A program made the translations under genes and the position numbers. Shown one piece after another: positions 36,737 to 47,197 of a stretch of 64,000 nucleotides of DNA. A model generated the notes under the pieces. The model saw only the letters and a list, made by a program, of their open reading frames with translations, was not told the origin of the DNA and made no database searches. The stretch's first letter is position 1; the number at the start of each line of letters is the position of its first letter. This DNA is from an uncultured Myxococcales bacterium (lineage in GTDB: Bacteria > Myxococcota_A > UBA9042 > CAZBRS01): NCBI GenBank assembly GCA_964494475.1, contig CAZBRS010000003.1, positions 80,286 through 144,285 on the forward strand, read 5' to 3'.

Positions 36737-37533
36737 GATCCTTGCAGCTCGGCGCGATCCTGGGGGCCCTGTTCAACCGCTACACGGCCCGCGTGGTGGC
36801 TCGCAACCTCTACGTGTGGCGCAAATTCCTCGTCCCGAGCTTCCTCGGCAACTTCGGCGAGCCCTTCCTCTACCTGCTGGCGCTCGGCTTCGGCCTGGGC
36901 ACCATGATCTCGCCCGAGGCGCTGGGGGGCGAGGACTACGCCCACTTCATCGCGCCTGGCCTGGTGCTGTCGACCGCCATGTACACCGCCACCTTCGAGT
37001 GCACGTTCGGCACCTTCACGCGCATGAAGACGCTGCGCATCTTCGAGGGCATCCTGGCCACGCCGGTGCGCATCGAGGAGGTGGTGGCCGGCGAGGTGTG
37101 GTTCTCGACGCTGAAGGGGGTGGTGGGCTCGCTGGTGGTCTTCGGGGTCGTGCTTCTCTTCGGCCTGGTCGACCACGCCACCGCGCTCTTCGGCTTCGGC
37201 GTGGCGCTGCTCGTGGCCTTCCTCTTCTCGGCCATGGCCATGATCGTGACGGCCCTCGCGCCCAGCTACGACTTCTTCAGCTACTTCTTCACCATCTTCG
37301 TGAGCCCCATGTTCCTGTTCTCGGGCATCTTCTTTCCGCTCGAGAACCTGCCCGACTGGGCCCGCGCCATCGCCTGGGTGTTCCCGCTCACCCACGCGGT
37401 CAGCCTGATCCGACCGCTGTTCCGGGGGCAGGTGCCCCCCGCGCTCGTCTCCGACCTCGCCTGGCTGCTCGTGGCGGCGCTGCTCTGCTACATCGTGGCG
37501 GCGGTGGCGCTGCGCAAGCGCGTCATCGTGTAG
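36733..37533 (+). CDS. ABC-2 type transporter permease
   Basis: The ATG overlaps the stop of the ATPase gene as ATGA. The protein has six TM helices. Confidence 0.75.
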   Translation: MRSLQLGAILGALFNRYTARVVARNLYVWRKFLVPSFLGNFGEPFLYLLALGFGLGTMISPEALGGEDYAHFIAPGLVLSTAMYTATFECTFGTFTRMKTLRIFEGILATPVRIEEVVAGEVWFSTLKGVVGSLVVFGVVLLFGLVDHATALFGFGVALLVAFLFSAMAMIVTALAPSYDFFSYFFTIFVSPMFLFSGIFFPLENLPDWARAIAWVFPLTHAVSLIRPLFRGQVPPALVSDLAWLLVAALLCYIVAAVALRKRVIV

Positions 37534-37540
37534 GGGGAGC

Positions 37541-38953
37541 ATGGCCGTCGTCTTCCTGCACCCGCGCCGCATGGCGCGCACGTACCGCGCCGACACGGTG
37601 ACCGCCGTGTACCGGGCGGCGCTAGCGCGCGAGGCGCTCCCCTCGTTCCGGCTCGACGTCGTGCTCGACGAGCCCGCATCCGAGGCCGCGCGGCTGGCCG
37701 AGATGACCGCGTGGCTCGTTGAGCGCAAGGCCCGCGTGGTCGTGGTCGAGCACGGCTTCTCGGGCGCGCTGCTGGCGGCCGTGCGGGCCGCCGGCGTGGC
37801 CCACGTGGTCGCCGTTGGGCGGCCCTCGGAGATCCATCGACCGGGCCTCGACGCGGCCACCGAGACGGTGTCGGCGGCCACGTTCTGCCGCCTGGTGCTG
37901 ACGCTGCACGACGGCGTGCGCGGGCCCGAGCTGCCCGGGGTCTGGCGGCGCGACGGAGCGCGCGTGCTCGAGCCGAGCGCCCGCGAGCGCTTCGACGTGC
38001 GCCACGAACTGGCGCATCGCCCGCTGTGGGCCGACGAGCACCGCCTGGGGGGCCCGGCTTCGGAGCCCTGGCTCTCGCGCGGGGTGCTGGCCGATCTGGG
38101 CTGCCCCTACCGCGCCCGGGCCTGCACGTCGCCCCTGCTGCAGGGGGTCGCGCTGCCCGCCGACGTGCCCTCGGGCGGGTGCGCCTTCTGCGAACGCCCG
38201 CCGGCCGCGCGCCTGCCCACGTCGCTGCGGATCGAGCTGCTCGTGAACCAGGCCCGGCACCTGGCCCGCGAGCGGCCCGAGGTCACGCGCCTGCAGGTGG
38301 TCGACGAGCTGTTCGTGGCCTACGTCGACCGCTTCGCGCGCGCCCTGCTGGCCGCCGACCTGCCCCCTCGCGAGCTGCTGATCGCGGCGCGCCCCGACTG
38401 GCTGCTGACCCACGCCGACCGGCTCGAGACCGCCGCGGCCGCGCTGGAAGGCCGGCACCGCCTGGTGCTGTTCTCGGTGGGCGTCGAGAGCTTCTCCGAC
38501 GCCGAGCTCGCGCGCTTCGGCAAGGGCTTCGGCGCTCGCGTGAACCTCGACGCCCTCGCGCGGCTCGACCTGGCCTTGGCCCGCCACCCGAACCTCGGCG
38601 TGGAGCCCGCCTTCGGCTTCATCTTGTTCACGCCGTGGACGCGCCTGCGCGACCTGGCCGCCAACGCCCGGGCCCTGCGCGCCACCCGCTTCGCGCGGTT
38701 CCGCGAGGGCGTGATCCACTCGCGGCTGCGGCTCTATCCCGAGATCCCGCTCTTCCACCGCGCGCGGGCCGAGGGCCTGCTGGTGGCGCCCGAGCGCAGC
38801 GTGGGGCCCGACTTCGGCTACGGCGACGCCGAGTGGCGCTTCAAGGACCCCGCCGTGGCGGCCGTGTACGCGGCGGTGCAGGCCGAGGGGCTGGGGGGCG
38901 ACGACCTCGACGCGTTCGCGCGGCTGGTGGCGAAGGCAGCGCTCGAACGCTGA
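37541..38953 (+). CDS. Hypothetical protein, B12-binding/radical-SAM-like with a non-canonical Cys cluster
   Basis: It is the third gene of the ABC-2 operon. The N-terminus is Rossmann-like (VVVVEHGFSGALLAAVRAAG). GCPYRARAC, followed by 22 aa and then GGCAFC, resembles a disrupted GCPYxCxFC radical-SAM motif. Confidence 0.45.
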   Translation: MAVVFLHPRRMARTYRADTVTAVYRAALAREALPSFRLDVVLDEPASEAARLAEMTAWLVERKARVVVVEHGFSGALLAAVRAAGVAHVVAVGRPSEIHRPGLDAATETVSAATFCRLVLTLHDGVRGPELPGVWRRDGARVLEPSARERFDVRHELAHRPLWADEHRLGGPASEPWLSRGVLADLGCPYRARACTSPLLQGVALPADVPSGGCAFCERPPAARLPTSLRIELLVNQARHLARERPEVTRLQVVDELFVAYVDRFARALLAADLPPRELLIAARPDWLLTHADRLETAAAALEGRHRLVLFSVGVESFSDAELARFGKGFGARVNLDALARLDLALARHPNLGVEPAFGFILFTPWTRLRDLAANARALRATRFARFREGVIHSRLRLYPEIPLFHRARAEGLLVAPERSVGPDFGYGDAEWRFKDPAVAAVYAAVQAEGLGGDDLDAFARLVAKAALER

Positions 38954-38960
38954 CGCAAGC

Positions 38961-40154
38961 TTACTTGGGCACCGGCACGGGCGCGGGGTCGCCGAGCAGC
39001 GGCGCGAGCACGGCGTCCCACTTCTCGGCCGACAGGTAGCCGGGCATGACCTTGCCGTTCACCACGAAGGTGGGCGTGCCCTGAATCTTGTACTGGCGGG
39101 CCCGCTCGATGTCGGCGGCCACCGAACGCTTGAGGCTGCCCTCGGGATCGGACAGGCAGGCCTTGAACGCCGGAAGGTCGAGCCCGGCCTTCCCGGCCAG
39201 GTCGAGGACGACCCGATCGTCGAGCTCTTTCTGGTGGTCGAAGAGCAGGTGGTGATAGTGCCAGTACTTGCCCTGCCGGGCGGCGCACCGGCTGGCGTAG
39301 GCGGCGTAGCAGGCCAGGCGGTGGAAGGGCTTGGGGATGTACGGGTTGCAGGCCTGGTCGAGGGGGTAGTCGATGTGCTCGAAGCGGATGCGATCGCCGT
39401 ACTTCTCGAGCACGTGTTCGACGGCCTGGGCCGCACGCCCGCAGTAGGGGCACTGGAAGTCGGTGATGCCGAGGACGGTCACGGGCGCGCCGAGGGGGCC
39501 GCGCACGGGCTCGGTGCCAGGCTGCGAGGGGCGATCGGTCGTCGAGGGGCTGAGCTGGAGCCCGCCCATGGGGTGCGCCCAGAACCAGCCCACGGCGACC
39601 AGGCCGGCCACGACCGCGCCGGCGCTCACGTAAGCCCGCACCCCGGAGAAGAGCCAGACCAGGTCGGCCCGGGCCTCGCGCGCCAGGCCGACCAGCCCGA
39701 AGCGCCGCTCGAGCAGGAGGGCGAGCACCAGCAGCAGATTCAGCCCGTACGTGACGACGCAGACGATGCACACCGAGCCGATGCAGGTGAACTGCAGGTA
39801 GACCAGGTAGACGTCGTCGAGCAGCACCACGAAGGGCAGCCAGAAGAAGACGGCGTCCCAGCGGAAGGCCCCCTCGTCGCGCCGGATCAACCGGACGACG
39901 GCACCCAACAGCAAGAGGCCGTAGAGCCCGATGCCCCACAGCGCGTACGGAACGCCGAGGAAGACCGAGTACTCGCTGGCGGCCACCTTCTCGCAGTCGA
40001 GCGCGTCGGAGAGGGTGCAGAAGCTGTCGCCGGTGGCCTCGCCCTGCCGGACCTCGAAGAACACGTCGAGCAGGTAGACGCTGGCGACCAGCCCCGCCAG
40101 GGAGATGAGCGCCACGACGATCGGAGTGACGATGCCTCGCCGGTTTGCCTGCAC
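38961..40154 (-). CDS. Vitamin K epoxide reductase (VKOR) domain fused to a DsbA-like thioredoxin domain
   Basis: The N-terminal 4-5 TM helices carry a CIVC (CxxC) motif. The C-terminal thioredoxin fold carries CPYC. Confidence 0.75.
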   Translation of the reverse strand: MQANRRGIVTPIVVALISLAGLVASVYLLDVFFEVRQGEATGDSFCTLSDALDCEKVAASEYSVFLGVPYALWGIGLYGLLLLGAVVRLIRRDEGAFRWDAVFFWLPFVVLLDDVYLVYLQFTCIGSVCIVCVVTYGLNLLLVLALLLERRFGLVGLAREARADLVWLFSGVRAYVSAGAVVAGLVAVGWFWAHPMGGLQLSPSTTDRPSQPGTEPVRGPLGAPVTVLGITDFQCPYCGRAAQAVEHVLEKYGDRIRFEHIDYPLDQACNPYIPKPFHRLACYAAYASRCAARQGKYWHYHHLLFDHQKELDDRVVLDLAGKAGLDLPAFKACLSDPEGSLKRSVAADIERARQYKIQGTPTFVVNGKVMPGYLSAEKWDAVLAPLLGDPAPVPVPK

Positions 40155-40295
40155 GGTGACTCCTGGCGTGCGCCGCGGCCAAGCGGGCTCAAAGCGGGCT
40201 CATTCTAGGCTGGGCCCCCGGCAAATCAACTGGAAAGCCCGGTTGCCTTTCGTATACTGAGGGCATCGATCGGCACGAAGGGCGCGGCCATCTCC

Positions 40296-40970
40296 ATGGA
40301 CGCCATCGAGAAAGACAAGCTGCTCCAGCGACTGACGAAGCGCACGGGCGAAGGCACCGGCGGCGAACGCTTCGTGTCGGGGCTGCTCAAGAAGTACCGT
40401 GCCGGACAGGGCGCCGACGGACGCGAGGCCGGCCAGGTGAAGCACGCCGCCCGCGCCATCGGCGACGACGCCCCGAAGCGCCTCGACGTGCCGACGCAGG
40501 CCCGCATGGAGGCCATGCTGGGCGTCGATCTCTCCGACGTGCGCATCCACACGGGCGAGGCCGCGCAGCAGGTCGCCGAAGGCGCCGGAGCCCGCGCGTT
40601 CACGCTGAACGATCGCGACATCTACTTCGCCCGCGAAGAGTTCGTGCCCACCAGCACCGAGGGCCGCGCCCTGCTGGCCCACGAGCTCACGCACGTGGCC
40701 GAGCGCCGCGAGGGCGCCTTCCCGTCGCTGCGGGCACCCTCAGCACGCCACGACAGCGAGCGCAGCGCCGAGCACACCGAGGCCCTCACGCTGGCGCTCG
40801 AGGAGTCCTCGGCCGAGGTGGTCGAGCGGGTGCTGCGCACCGAGCGCATCGAAGAGGTCATCGACGAGAGCATGTCGCTCGACGAAAAGAAGCGCTGGCT
40901 GGTCGAGCAGGCCTGGCGGCGCTTCATCGAAGCCGAGCGGCGTCAGGTCGACCGGCTGGGGTCGTTCTAA
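40296..40970 (+). CDS. DUF4157-domain protein, putative HExxH zinc metallopeptidase-like
   Basis: The DUF4157 signature is LGVDLSDVRIHTGEAA...AFT...IYF...LLAHELTHV. Confidence 0.65.
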   Translation: MDAIEKDKLLQRLTKRTGEGTGGERFVSGLLKKYRAGQGADGREAGQVKHAARAIGDDAPKRLDVPTQARMEAMLGVDLSDVRIHTGEAAQQVAEGAGARAFTLNDRDIYFAREEFVPTSTEGRALLAHELTHVAERREGAFPSLRAPSARHDSERSAEHTEALTLALEESSAEVVERVLRTERIEEVIDESMSLDEKKRWLVEQAWRRFIEAERRQVDRLGSF

Positions 40971-40973
40971 CCG

Positions 40974-42173
40974 TCAGAACATCTGACCGACCACGAAATC
41001 AATCGTCGTGGCCTCTGACGACATGCCCAGGTCGACACGCATGAGCGTGACCTCGTCCCAGGCCGCCCGCAGGCCCGCGCCCCCCGAGGCGTGCAGCAGC
41101 TTCGACGGGCTCCAGCCGCCGTCGTCCTCGCGGCTCCACACGCGGCCCAGGTCCGAGAAGAGCACGCCGCCCAGATCGAAGCGTTGGCCCCACACGAAGA
41201 GGGTGAGCGGCATCCAGCGCACCTCGAGGTTCGCGAGCAGCTTGACGGGGCCCACGAAGCGCCGGCGGGGCACGCCGCGCATGGACGTGCCGCCGCCGAG
41301 CCCCAGGAAGGGCTCGTAGTCACGGAACGCCGAGAGCTCGAGGAACGGCACGTCGCCGAAGACGGCGTCGAGCGCGAAGCGGCCGGCGAGCACGAGCCTC
41401 GAGAGCGGAGACCAGTACCCGCGCGCGGTCCAGTTGCCCCCCCCGAGCCAATGCAGCCCGCCCACGAAGGGCCCCGCCGCGCGCACCGTCATGGCCGTGA
41501 GCGTGCCGCGCGTGGGCAGCCACTCGCTGTCGCGCGTGTCGGCCAGCACCCCGAAGAACACGAAGCCGTGGCGCCCGCCGTCGGCGCCCGAGGGCTCGTC
41601 GACGGCCAGCAGCGACGTGGCCGGGGCGTCGATCACGCTCCACTCGAACTGCACGCCGTGCACCAGCGAGAGGGGCGGCGCGAGCGCCACGCGCGCCGTC
41701 AGGCGAACCCAGGGCCGGCGCAGGCGGAAGAACGTCAGGCGTTCGGCGCGGAAGCCGTCGGCGCCCGGCGTCTCCCACGCGGGCTCCCAGGGCGCGGCGT
41801 TGCCCACCCCGAAGTAGCGATCGTCGGGCAGATCGGTGTAGCCGGCCGCCACGTGCAGGCGCAGGCGCGAGCCGCCCACGCGCGGCAGGTCGAGCGCCAC
41901 GAAGTGATCGTGCATGCGGCGCCAGGTGCCGACGCTCTGGGCCTGCAGCCGCCAGCGGTACGGCGCGGCCCCGTCACCGTAGTCGACCAGATCGCCGTAG
42001 GCCCCCAGCAGCCAGCCGAACTCGCCGCGGTACGAGCAGATGGGCCAGCCGGTCAGGTCGACGCCGCGATGGTAGTCGGGCGGGGGCTCCTCGGCCCCGC
42101 GGGCGGGCAGCGCTGCCAGCAGGAGGAGGCAGACGACGGACGACACGGCGCGGATCAAGGGTTCGGGCTCCAA
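40974..42173 (-). CDS. Omp85-superfamily outer-membrane beta-barrel protein without POTRA domains
   Basis: There is a signal peptide. The barrel motifs include GGTSMRGVP and ANLEVRW. The C-terminus ends in Phe. Confidence 0.55.
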   Translation of the reverse strand: MEPEPLIRAVSSVVCLLLLAALPARGAEEPPPDYHRGVDLTGWPICSYRGEFGWLLGAYGDLVDYGDGAAPYRWRLQAQSVGTWRRMHDHFVALDLPRVGGSRLRLHVAAGYTDLPDDRYFGVGNAAPWEPAWETPGADGFRAERLTFFRLRRPWVRLTARVALAPPLSLVHGVQFEWSVIDAPATSLLAVDEPSGADGGRHGFVFFGVLADTRDSEWLPTRGTLTAMTVRAAGPFVGGLHWLGGGNWTARGYWSPLSRLVLAGRFALDAVFGDVPFLELSAFRDYEPFLGLGGGTSMRGVPRRRFVGPVKLLANLEVRWMPLTLFVWGQRFDLGGVLFSDLGRVWSREDDGGWSPSKLLHASGGAGLRAAWDEVTLMRVDLGMSSEATTIDFVVGQMF

Positions 42174-42354
42174 CGGGCGCAGTTCACGCGCCGATCCTCA
42201 TGGTACCTGGTTCGAGCCAAGTGGCAATCCGGGCGCACCGCAGCGCGCCGCGAACGACCCGGCCCTCCGTGGCCTGCAGTCCGCGAAGGCGGACTTGATA
42301 GCCTGAGCCGCGACTTCAGTCGACGGCTTGCTCGGCCCGCGCTACCATCACCCC

Positions 42355-44478
42355 ATGCGCCCTGCCCTGCTGCTCCTCCTGCTGCTGACCCGCTGCGCCG
42401 CGGACGCGCCCGACGACGCGGGCCCCTGGCGCGTGGGCGCCACCGTCGCCAGCGGCTGGCGCCTGACCGCGCTCGAGCGCCAGCCCGAGTTCGCGCGGCT
42501 GCGCTGGCAGCACGGCGCTGACGCCACGGTCGTCGAGCTCGGCGCGCGCGCCGACGCTCCGTCGGAGTGGGCCACGCTGCTGCACCGCGTGCAACCGGCG
42601 CCCGGGGAGACGCCGCCCGAAGCGCTGCTGGTCGCCGTGCGCGACGGGCTGCGTGCCTGGGAGGCGGGGCCGACGGGTCGCTCGCTGCTTGCCCCCGGCG
42701 TGGCGGCGACGCCGCGGCGCTCGGCCGCCGCGCCGCTCCTCGGAGCCCTGGTCGCGGCGTGGGCGCTCGCCCTGGCGGGCGCGCTCGGGCTGCTCTGGCG
42801 ACGCGAGCCCCGGGCTCGCCGCCCGCTCGCGCTGGTCGCGGCGGCCCTCGCCGCCGCCGCACTGGCGGCCGCGCTGGAGCCCGCCTCGCGCCTTCCCGTG
42901 GGCTGGCTCACGGTGCTGCACGAGGGCACGGGGCGCTGGCACGTCGAGCAGCTGTACGCGCGCGGCGTGCACGCCGGACCGCTCGCCGCCTGGCTGGCCC
43001 GGCTCGCCGCAGGAGGCGCCGAGCCGGGCCTCCGCGACGTGGTTTGGCTGAACACCTGGCTGGCGGTCGTGAACCTCGGCGCCGGCGCCGCGAGCGCCTG
43101 GCTCGCGACGGGGCGGGTGTGGGCCGCCCTGCTGTTCGCCGGCGCGCTGGTGCTCTGCCCGCCCTTCGTGCTGTCGGCCGGCTCCGAGTTGGTGGCCCAG
43201 CCGGCGCTCACGCTCGCGTTCGGGGCGGCGGCCGGTCTCGCCCTGCTGGCGCGCACGCCGAACCTTGGCGAGCGGGCCCTCGCCTGCGCGAGCCTGGCCC
43301 TGGCCGTCGCGCTGGTCGGCCTGCTGCGCACCGAACTGCTGCTGCCCGCGGGCGCGGCGCTGGGGGGCGCGCTGGCGCGCACGTTGCTCGGCGACGCCGG
43401 CCTCGCGGCGTTGACCGAACGAGCGAGGATACGCCTCGGCTCGTTGCCGGCCCGCGCGGCCCTGGCCGCGCTGCTGATCGGAGCGGGGCTGGCCGCCACG
43501 GCGTGGAGCGGCCCGCACCTCGGCAAATTGGAGTGGGCCGTGGCGGGTCTGAACCCGCTTCACCCGTCGATCTGGCACGTGCCCGCGGCGTTGACGCTGA
43601 CCCTGCCCCTGGGTGGGGCGCTGCTCGTGCTGGTCGCGCTCACGCGCGCGCTGGTCGTCCCCGGCGCGCCCTGGCTGATGCCCCTGGCCCTGCTCGTGCT
43701 CGTGAAGACGGCCGTGGCGGCCAGCCTCGACAACCCGTACGTGCTCACGCGCCTGTTGGCCTACGTGGCACCCCTCGCGCTGCTCGCGAGCCTGCCGGCC
43801 TGGCCCGCCCTGGTCAGCGGTGCGCGTCGATGGAACGCCCGGGCGCGCCACCCCCGCCTGGCCGGCGCCGCGCTCGCCGCGCTGGCGCTGACGCCGGGCG
43901 GCCTCGCCGGCCTGTCGGCGCTCGCGCCCTGGCACGCGGCCCTCGCCCGCGACGGGGCCCCCGCCTTCACCCTCGATCGCGACACCCAGGCCGAGGTGCG
44001 CGCCCTGGTCCGCTGGACCGAGGCGCACCCCGACTGCGTGGTGCTCACGCGGCTGGTGGCGGCCGACCGCGTGAGCAGCGCCCCCCTGCCCTGGCAATGG
44101 AAGGCGTTCGGCCGCCCCCTGGCCGAGCCCATCGAGCTCGCCTGGCGACAGGGCGACGACCCCGCGCGGGTCGCCGCCGAGGCCGCGCCCCGCGCGACCT
44201 GCCGGCTTCTCTACTGCGGGCTCGACACCAACCTGACGCTGGCCGACGGCCCTGTCCCGAACGAAGTCGAGGGATGCCCCGAGGCCGCGGGCCTGCCCGT
44301 GGTCGAGGAGTGGCGCTTCGCGTCACGCCCCTACGTGCGCGCGCAGACGTTCGGCGAGCACCGCAGCGACATCCGGCTGCGCCTGGTTCGTCTGCCGCGT
44401 CCGGGAACGCAGCCCGACGTCACGCCGAGGGTTTCGCCGCCAGATCGCGGCGCAGATCGTGCGCCGCCTGACGAATGA
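42355..44478 (+). CDS. Hypothetical polytopic membrane protein, Ala/Leu-rich, at least 10 TM helices
   Basis: GC3 is high on the plus strand. The competing minus-strand ORF is an R/G/Q-rich artefact. Possibly a glycosyltransferase-like membrane protein. Confidence 0.45.
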   Translation: MRPALLLLLLLTRCAADAPDDAGPWRVGATVASGWRLTALERQPEFARLRWQHGADATVVELGARADAPSEWATLLHRVQPAPGETPPEALLVAVRDGLRAWEAGPTGRSLLAPGVAATPRRSAAAPLLGALVAAWALALAGALGLLWRREPRARRPLALVAAALAAAALAAALEPASRLPVGWLTVLHEGTGRWHVEQLYARGVHAGPLAAWLARLAAGGAEPGLRDVVWLNTWLAVVNLGAGAASAWLATGRVWAALLFAGALVLCPPFVLSAGSELVAQPALTLAFGAAAGLALLARTPNLGERALACASLALAVALVGLLRTELLLPAGAALGGALARTLLGDAGLAALTERARIRLGSLPARAALAALLIGAGLAATAWSGPHLGKLEWAVAGLNPLHPSIWHVPAALTLTLPLGGALLVLVALTRALVVPGAPWLMPLALLVLVKTAVAASLDNPYVLTRLLAYVAPLALLASLPAWPALVSGARRWNARARHPRLAGAALAALALTPGGLAGLSALAPWHAALARDGAPAFTLDRDTQAEVRALVRWTEAHPDCVVLTRLVAADRVSSAPLPWQWKAFGRPLAEPIELAWRQGDDPARVAAEAAPRATCRLLYCGLDTNLTLADGPVPNEVEGCPEAAGLPVVEEWRFASRPYVRAQTFGEHRSDIRLRLVRLPRPGTQPDVTPRVSPPDRGADRAPPDE

Positions 44479-46102
44479 CCGTGGCGTCGGCGCCCAGGTG
44501 CAGCAGGGCCTGCCGGGTGAGCTCGAGGGCGGCCTCCAGTTCGGGTTGCACCACGCGCACGGCCCCCAGCCCCGCCAGCGAGGCCGCCAGCGCCGGGTCG
44601 GACGCTCGAGCGGTCACGTGCAGATCGGGGCGCAGTCCGCGCGCCTGCCGAACGATCTCGGTGGCCACCAACGGGCCCGGGACCGTGATGAGCAGCAAGC
44701 TGGCCTTGTCGAGCCCGGCGGCCTTCAGCACCACCGGATGCGCGGCGTCGCCGTAGATCGTGGCGAACCCCGCCTCGCGCGCCTGCTCGAAGCGGCGTTG
44801 ATCCAGCTCGACCAGCACGAAGGGCTTGCCCGCCCGCGCCAGCACGGTGGCCACGTGCCAGCCCGTGCGGCCGACCCCCGCGATGATCACGTGGTCGGCC
44901 AGCCCGCCCTTCGGCAGGTGCACGTTGCGCAGCGGCTCTCCCGGATAACGGCGACGAACCAGCGCGTACAGGCGGGCCGTCTGGCCCGAGAGCAGGGGCG
45001 TGAGGGCCATCGACACCACGGCCGCCGCCAACACCTGGCCGTAGAAGGCCTTGGAGATCGAGCCGCTCGACACGCCCAGCCGGGCCAGCACGAACGAGAA
45101 CTCGCCGATCTGGAAGAGGCCGAGGCCCACGGCCAGCGGGATCACGTTGCCGTAGCCGAAGAGGCGCACGATACCGGCGAAGAGCAGCCCCTTGATCAGC
45201 CCCACCGCCACCACCAGCCCGAGCACGGCACCCAGGTGGTCGAACACGAAGCGCGGGTCGAACAGCATGCCCACCGACACGAAGAACAGGAGGCCGAACA
45301 CGTCGCGCAGCGGCGCGATCTCGGCCAGCGCCTGGTGCCCGTGCTCCGACTCGGCCAGCACCAACCCGGCCACGAACGCGCCGAAGGCGAACGACAGGCC
45401 CACCAGGTAGGTGGCGTAGCCGACGCCGAGCCCGATGGCCGTGGCCGTCAGGAGGAACAGCTCGCGCGACCGCCAGCGCGCCACGCGGGCCATCAGCAGC
45501 GGCAACACGCGTGCCCCCACCAGCAGCATGGCCGCCAGGAAGCCGGCTGCCTTCAGGACCGCCAGGCCGAGCGCCGGCAGCCCCACCAGGGGGTCGTCGA
45601 GGATGGGCAACACCAGGATCAGGGGCACGACGGCCAGATCCTGCACCACGAGCATGCCGATCATCACGCGGCTCGACAACGTGCCCAGCCAACCCTGGTT
45701 CGCGAGCGTCTTCAGGAGCACCATGGTCGACGACAGCGACACCAGCGCCCCGAGCCACACGCTCTCCTTCCACTCGAGCCCAAGGGCGCGGCCGAGACCA
45801 TAGCCCGCGGCGATGGTCAGGATCATCTGCAGGGGCGTGCCCAGAAGTGCCACGCGGCGGACGGGCGCCAACTCGCCGAGCGAGAATTCGAGGCCCAGCC
45901 CGAACAGCAGCAGCGCCACGCCGATCTCGGCCAGCAGCTCGATGTCGTGCACGTCGGTGACGGTCACGCCGCCGGTGTAGGGGCCGACCAGCACGCCGGC
46001 CAGGATGTAGCCGAGCACGAGGGGCTGGCCCAGGCGCCTCGCGACCATGCCGCCGAGCAGCGCCGCCAGCACGACGATGACGATGTCGGTGGCGATCCCC
46101 AT
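44420..46102 (-). CDS. CPA2-family monovalent cation:proton antiporter with an RCK/TrkA-N domain (KefB-like)
   Basis: The Na_H exchanger TM core starts [18 protein letters not shown]. The C-terminal Rossmann motif is IIAGVGRTG. Confidence 0.8.
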   Translation of the reverse strand: MGIATDIVIVVLAALLGGMVARRLGQPLVLGYILAGVLVGPYTGGVTVTDVHDIELLAEIGVALLLFGLGLEFSLGELAPVRRVALLGTPLQMILTIAAGYGLGRALGLEWKESVWLGALVSLSSTMVLLKTLANQGWLGTLSSRVMIGMLVVQDLAVVPLILVLPILDDPLVGLPALGLAVLKAAGFLAAMLLVGARVLPLLMARVARWRSRELFLLTATAIGLGVGYATYLVGLSFAFGAFVAGLVLAESEHGHQALAEIAPLRDVFGLLFFVSVGMLFDPRFVFDHLGAVLGLVVAVGLIKGLLFAGIVRLFGYGNVIPLAVGLGLFQIGEFSFVLARLGVSSGSISKAFYGQVLAAAVVSMALTPLLSGQTARLYALVRRRYPGEPLRNVHLPKGGLADHVIIAGVGRTGWHVATVLARAGKPFVLVELDQRRFEQAREAGFATIYGDAAHPVVLKAAGLDKASLLLITVPGPLVATEIVRQARGLRPDLHVTARASDPALAASLAGLGAVRVVQPELEAALELTRQALLHLGADATVIRQAAHDLRRDLAAKPSA

Positions 46103-46122
46103 CTTCCCCTCTCGAGGCCACG

Positions 46123-47181
46123 TCAGGCCGCGGGGGCGGCCCCCACCATCTCGCGCAGCACGCGCACCGACTCGCGCGGACCGAGCACGATGAGGTGCGT
46201 TCCGGCCGTCAGCGTGAGGTCGGGGCCGGGGTTGTAGGTGAAGGTGCTGTTGCCCTCGTCGCGAATGCCGACCACCAGCAGGTTGGTGCGCTTGCGGATC
46301 TCGGAGTCGGCCAGCCGCCGCCCGTGAAGCGACGAGCCGGCGGGGATGAGGACCTCGTCGAAGACCAGGCCCTGGCCCTTGTCGAGCAGCAGGTAATCGA
46401 CGAAGTCGGTCACGTTCGGGCGGATCATCTGCAGGAACATGCGGTAGCCGCCCATGGCGCTCGGCGACACCACGTGGTCGGCGCCCACCTGCTTGAACTT
46501 CTTCAGCGAGCGCTGCTCGTTGATCTTCGACACGACGTGCAGGCCGGGGTTCAACTCCTTGGCCGACAGGATGAGGAAGAGGTTGTCCTCGTCCTCGGGC
46601 AGCGCGGCCATGAGGCCCCGGGCCCGCTGCACGCCGGCCTTCAGCAGCACCTCGTCGTCGTGCGTGACGTCGCCGATTACGTACGAGAGGTCCATGCCGT
46701 GGGTCTTCAGGAAGCCCTGGACGGCCTCCTCGGAGCGGTCGATCACGACCACCGGATGGCCCGCGCTCACGAGCTGCGCGGCCGCGTACTCGCCATTGCG
46801 CCCCACGCCGCAGACCAGGTAGTGGTCGCGCATCCCCTCGATCGCCTTGTCCATGCGCCGCCTCCGGATGATCTGGTTCAGGTTGCCCTCGACCAGGAAG
46901 GCCGTCACCGTCGAGAGCAGGTACAGCATGGACCCCGCGCCCAGGAAGATGAGCGTAATCGTGTAGATGCGCAGAATCGGATCATCGCCCACCGGGACCA
47001 CCTCACGGAAGCCCACGGTCGAGATGGTGGTGGCCGTCATGTACGCGCAGTCGGAAAGGCTCCAGGCCCCGGCGCCCAGCGCGAAGTAGCCCGCCGTGCC
47101 CGTGACGAAGATGCCCCCGACGATCAGGAGCGGCAGCACGAAGGGCCGGATCGGGTTCTCGGCGGCGGGCCGCGTGGGCAT
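46123..47181 (-). CDS. Two-TM ion channel with TrkA-N/TrkA-C (RCK) domains and an atypical pore motif
   Basis: The ATG lies at 47181. The pore region is [10 protein letters not shown] where TVGYG would be canonical. The RCK domain carries VCGVGRNG. Confidence 0.7.
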   Translation of the reverse strand: MPTRPAAENPIRPFVLPLLIVGGIFVTGTAGYFALGAGAWSLSDCAYMTATTISTVGFREVVPVGDDPILRIYTITLIFLGAGSMLYLLSTVTAFLVEGNLNQIIRRRRMDKAIEGMRDHYLVCGVGRNGEYAAAQLVSAGHPVVVIDRSEEAVQGFLKTHGMDLSYVIGDVTHDDEVLLKAGVQRARGLMAALPEDEDNLFLILSAKELNPGLHVVSKINEQRSLKKFKQVGADHVVSPSAMGGYRMFLQMIRPNVTDFVDYLLLDKGQGLVFDEVLIPAGSSLHGRRLADSEIRKRTNLLVVGIRDEGNSTFTYNPGPDLTLTAGTHLIVLGPRESVRVLREMVGAAPAA

Positions 47182-47197
47182 CGCTGCTCTCCTCGGG

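Noticed and set aside
42316-44097. 593-aa minus-strand ORF and nested R-rich ORFs
   Set aside because: It is antisense to the polytopic membrane protein. The translation is a Q/R/G repeat, with no codon-usage support.
44459-46237. 592-aa plus-strand ORF
   Set aside because: It is antisense to the KefB-like antiporter.
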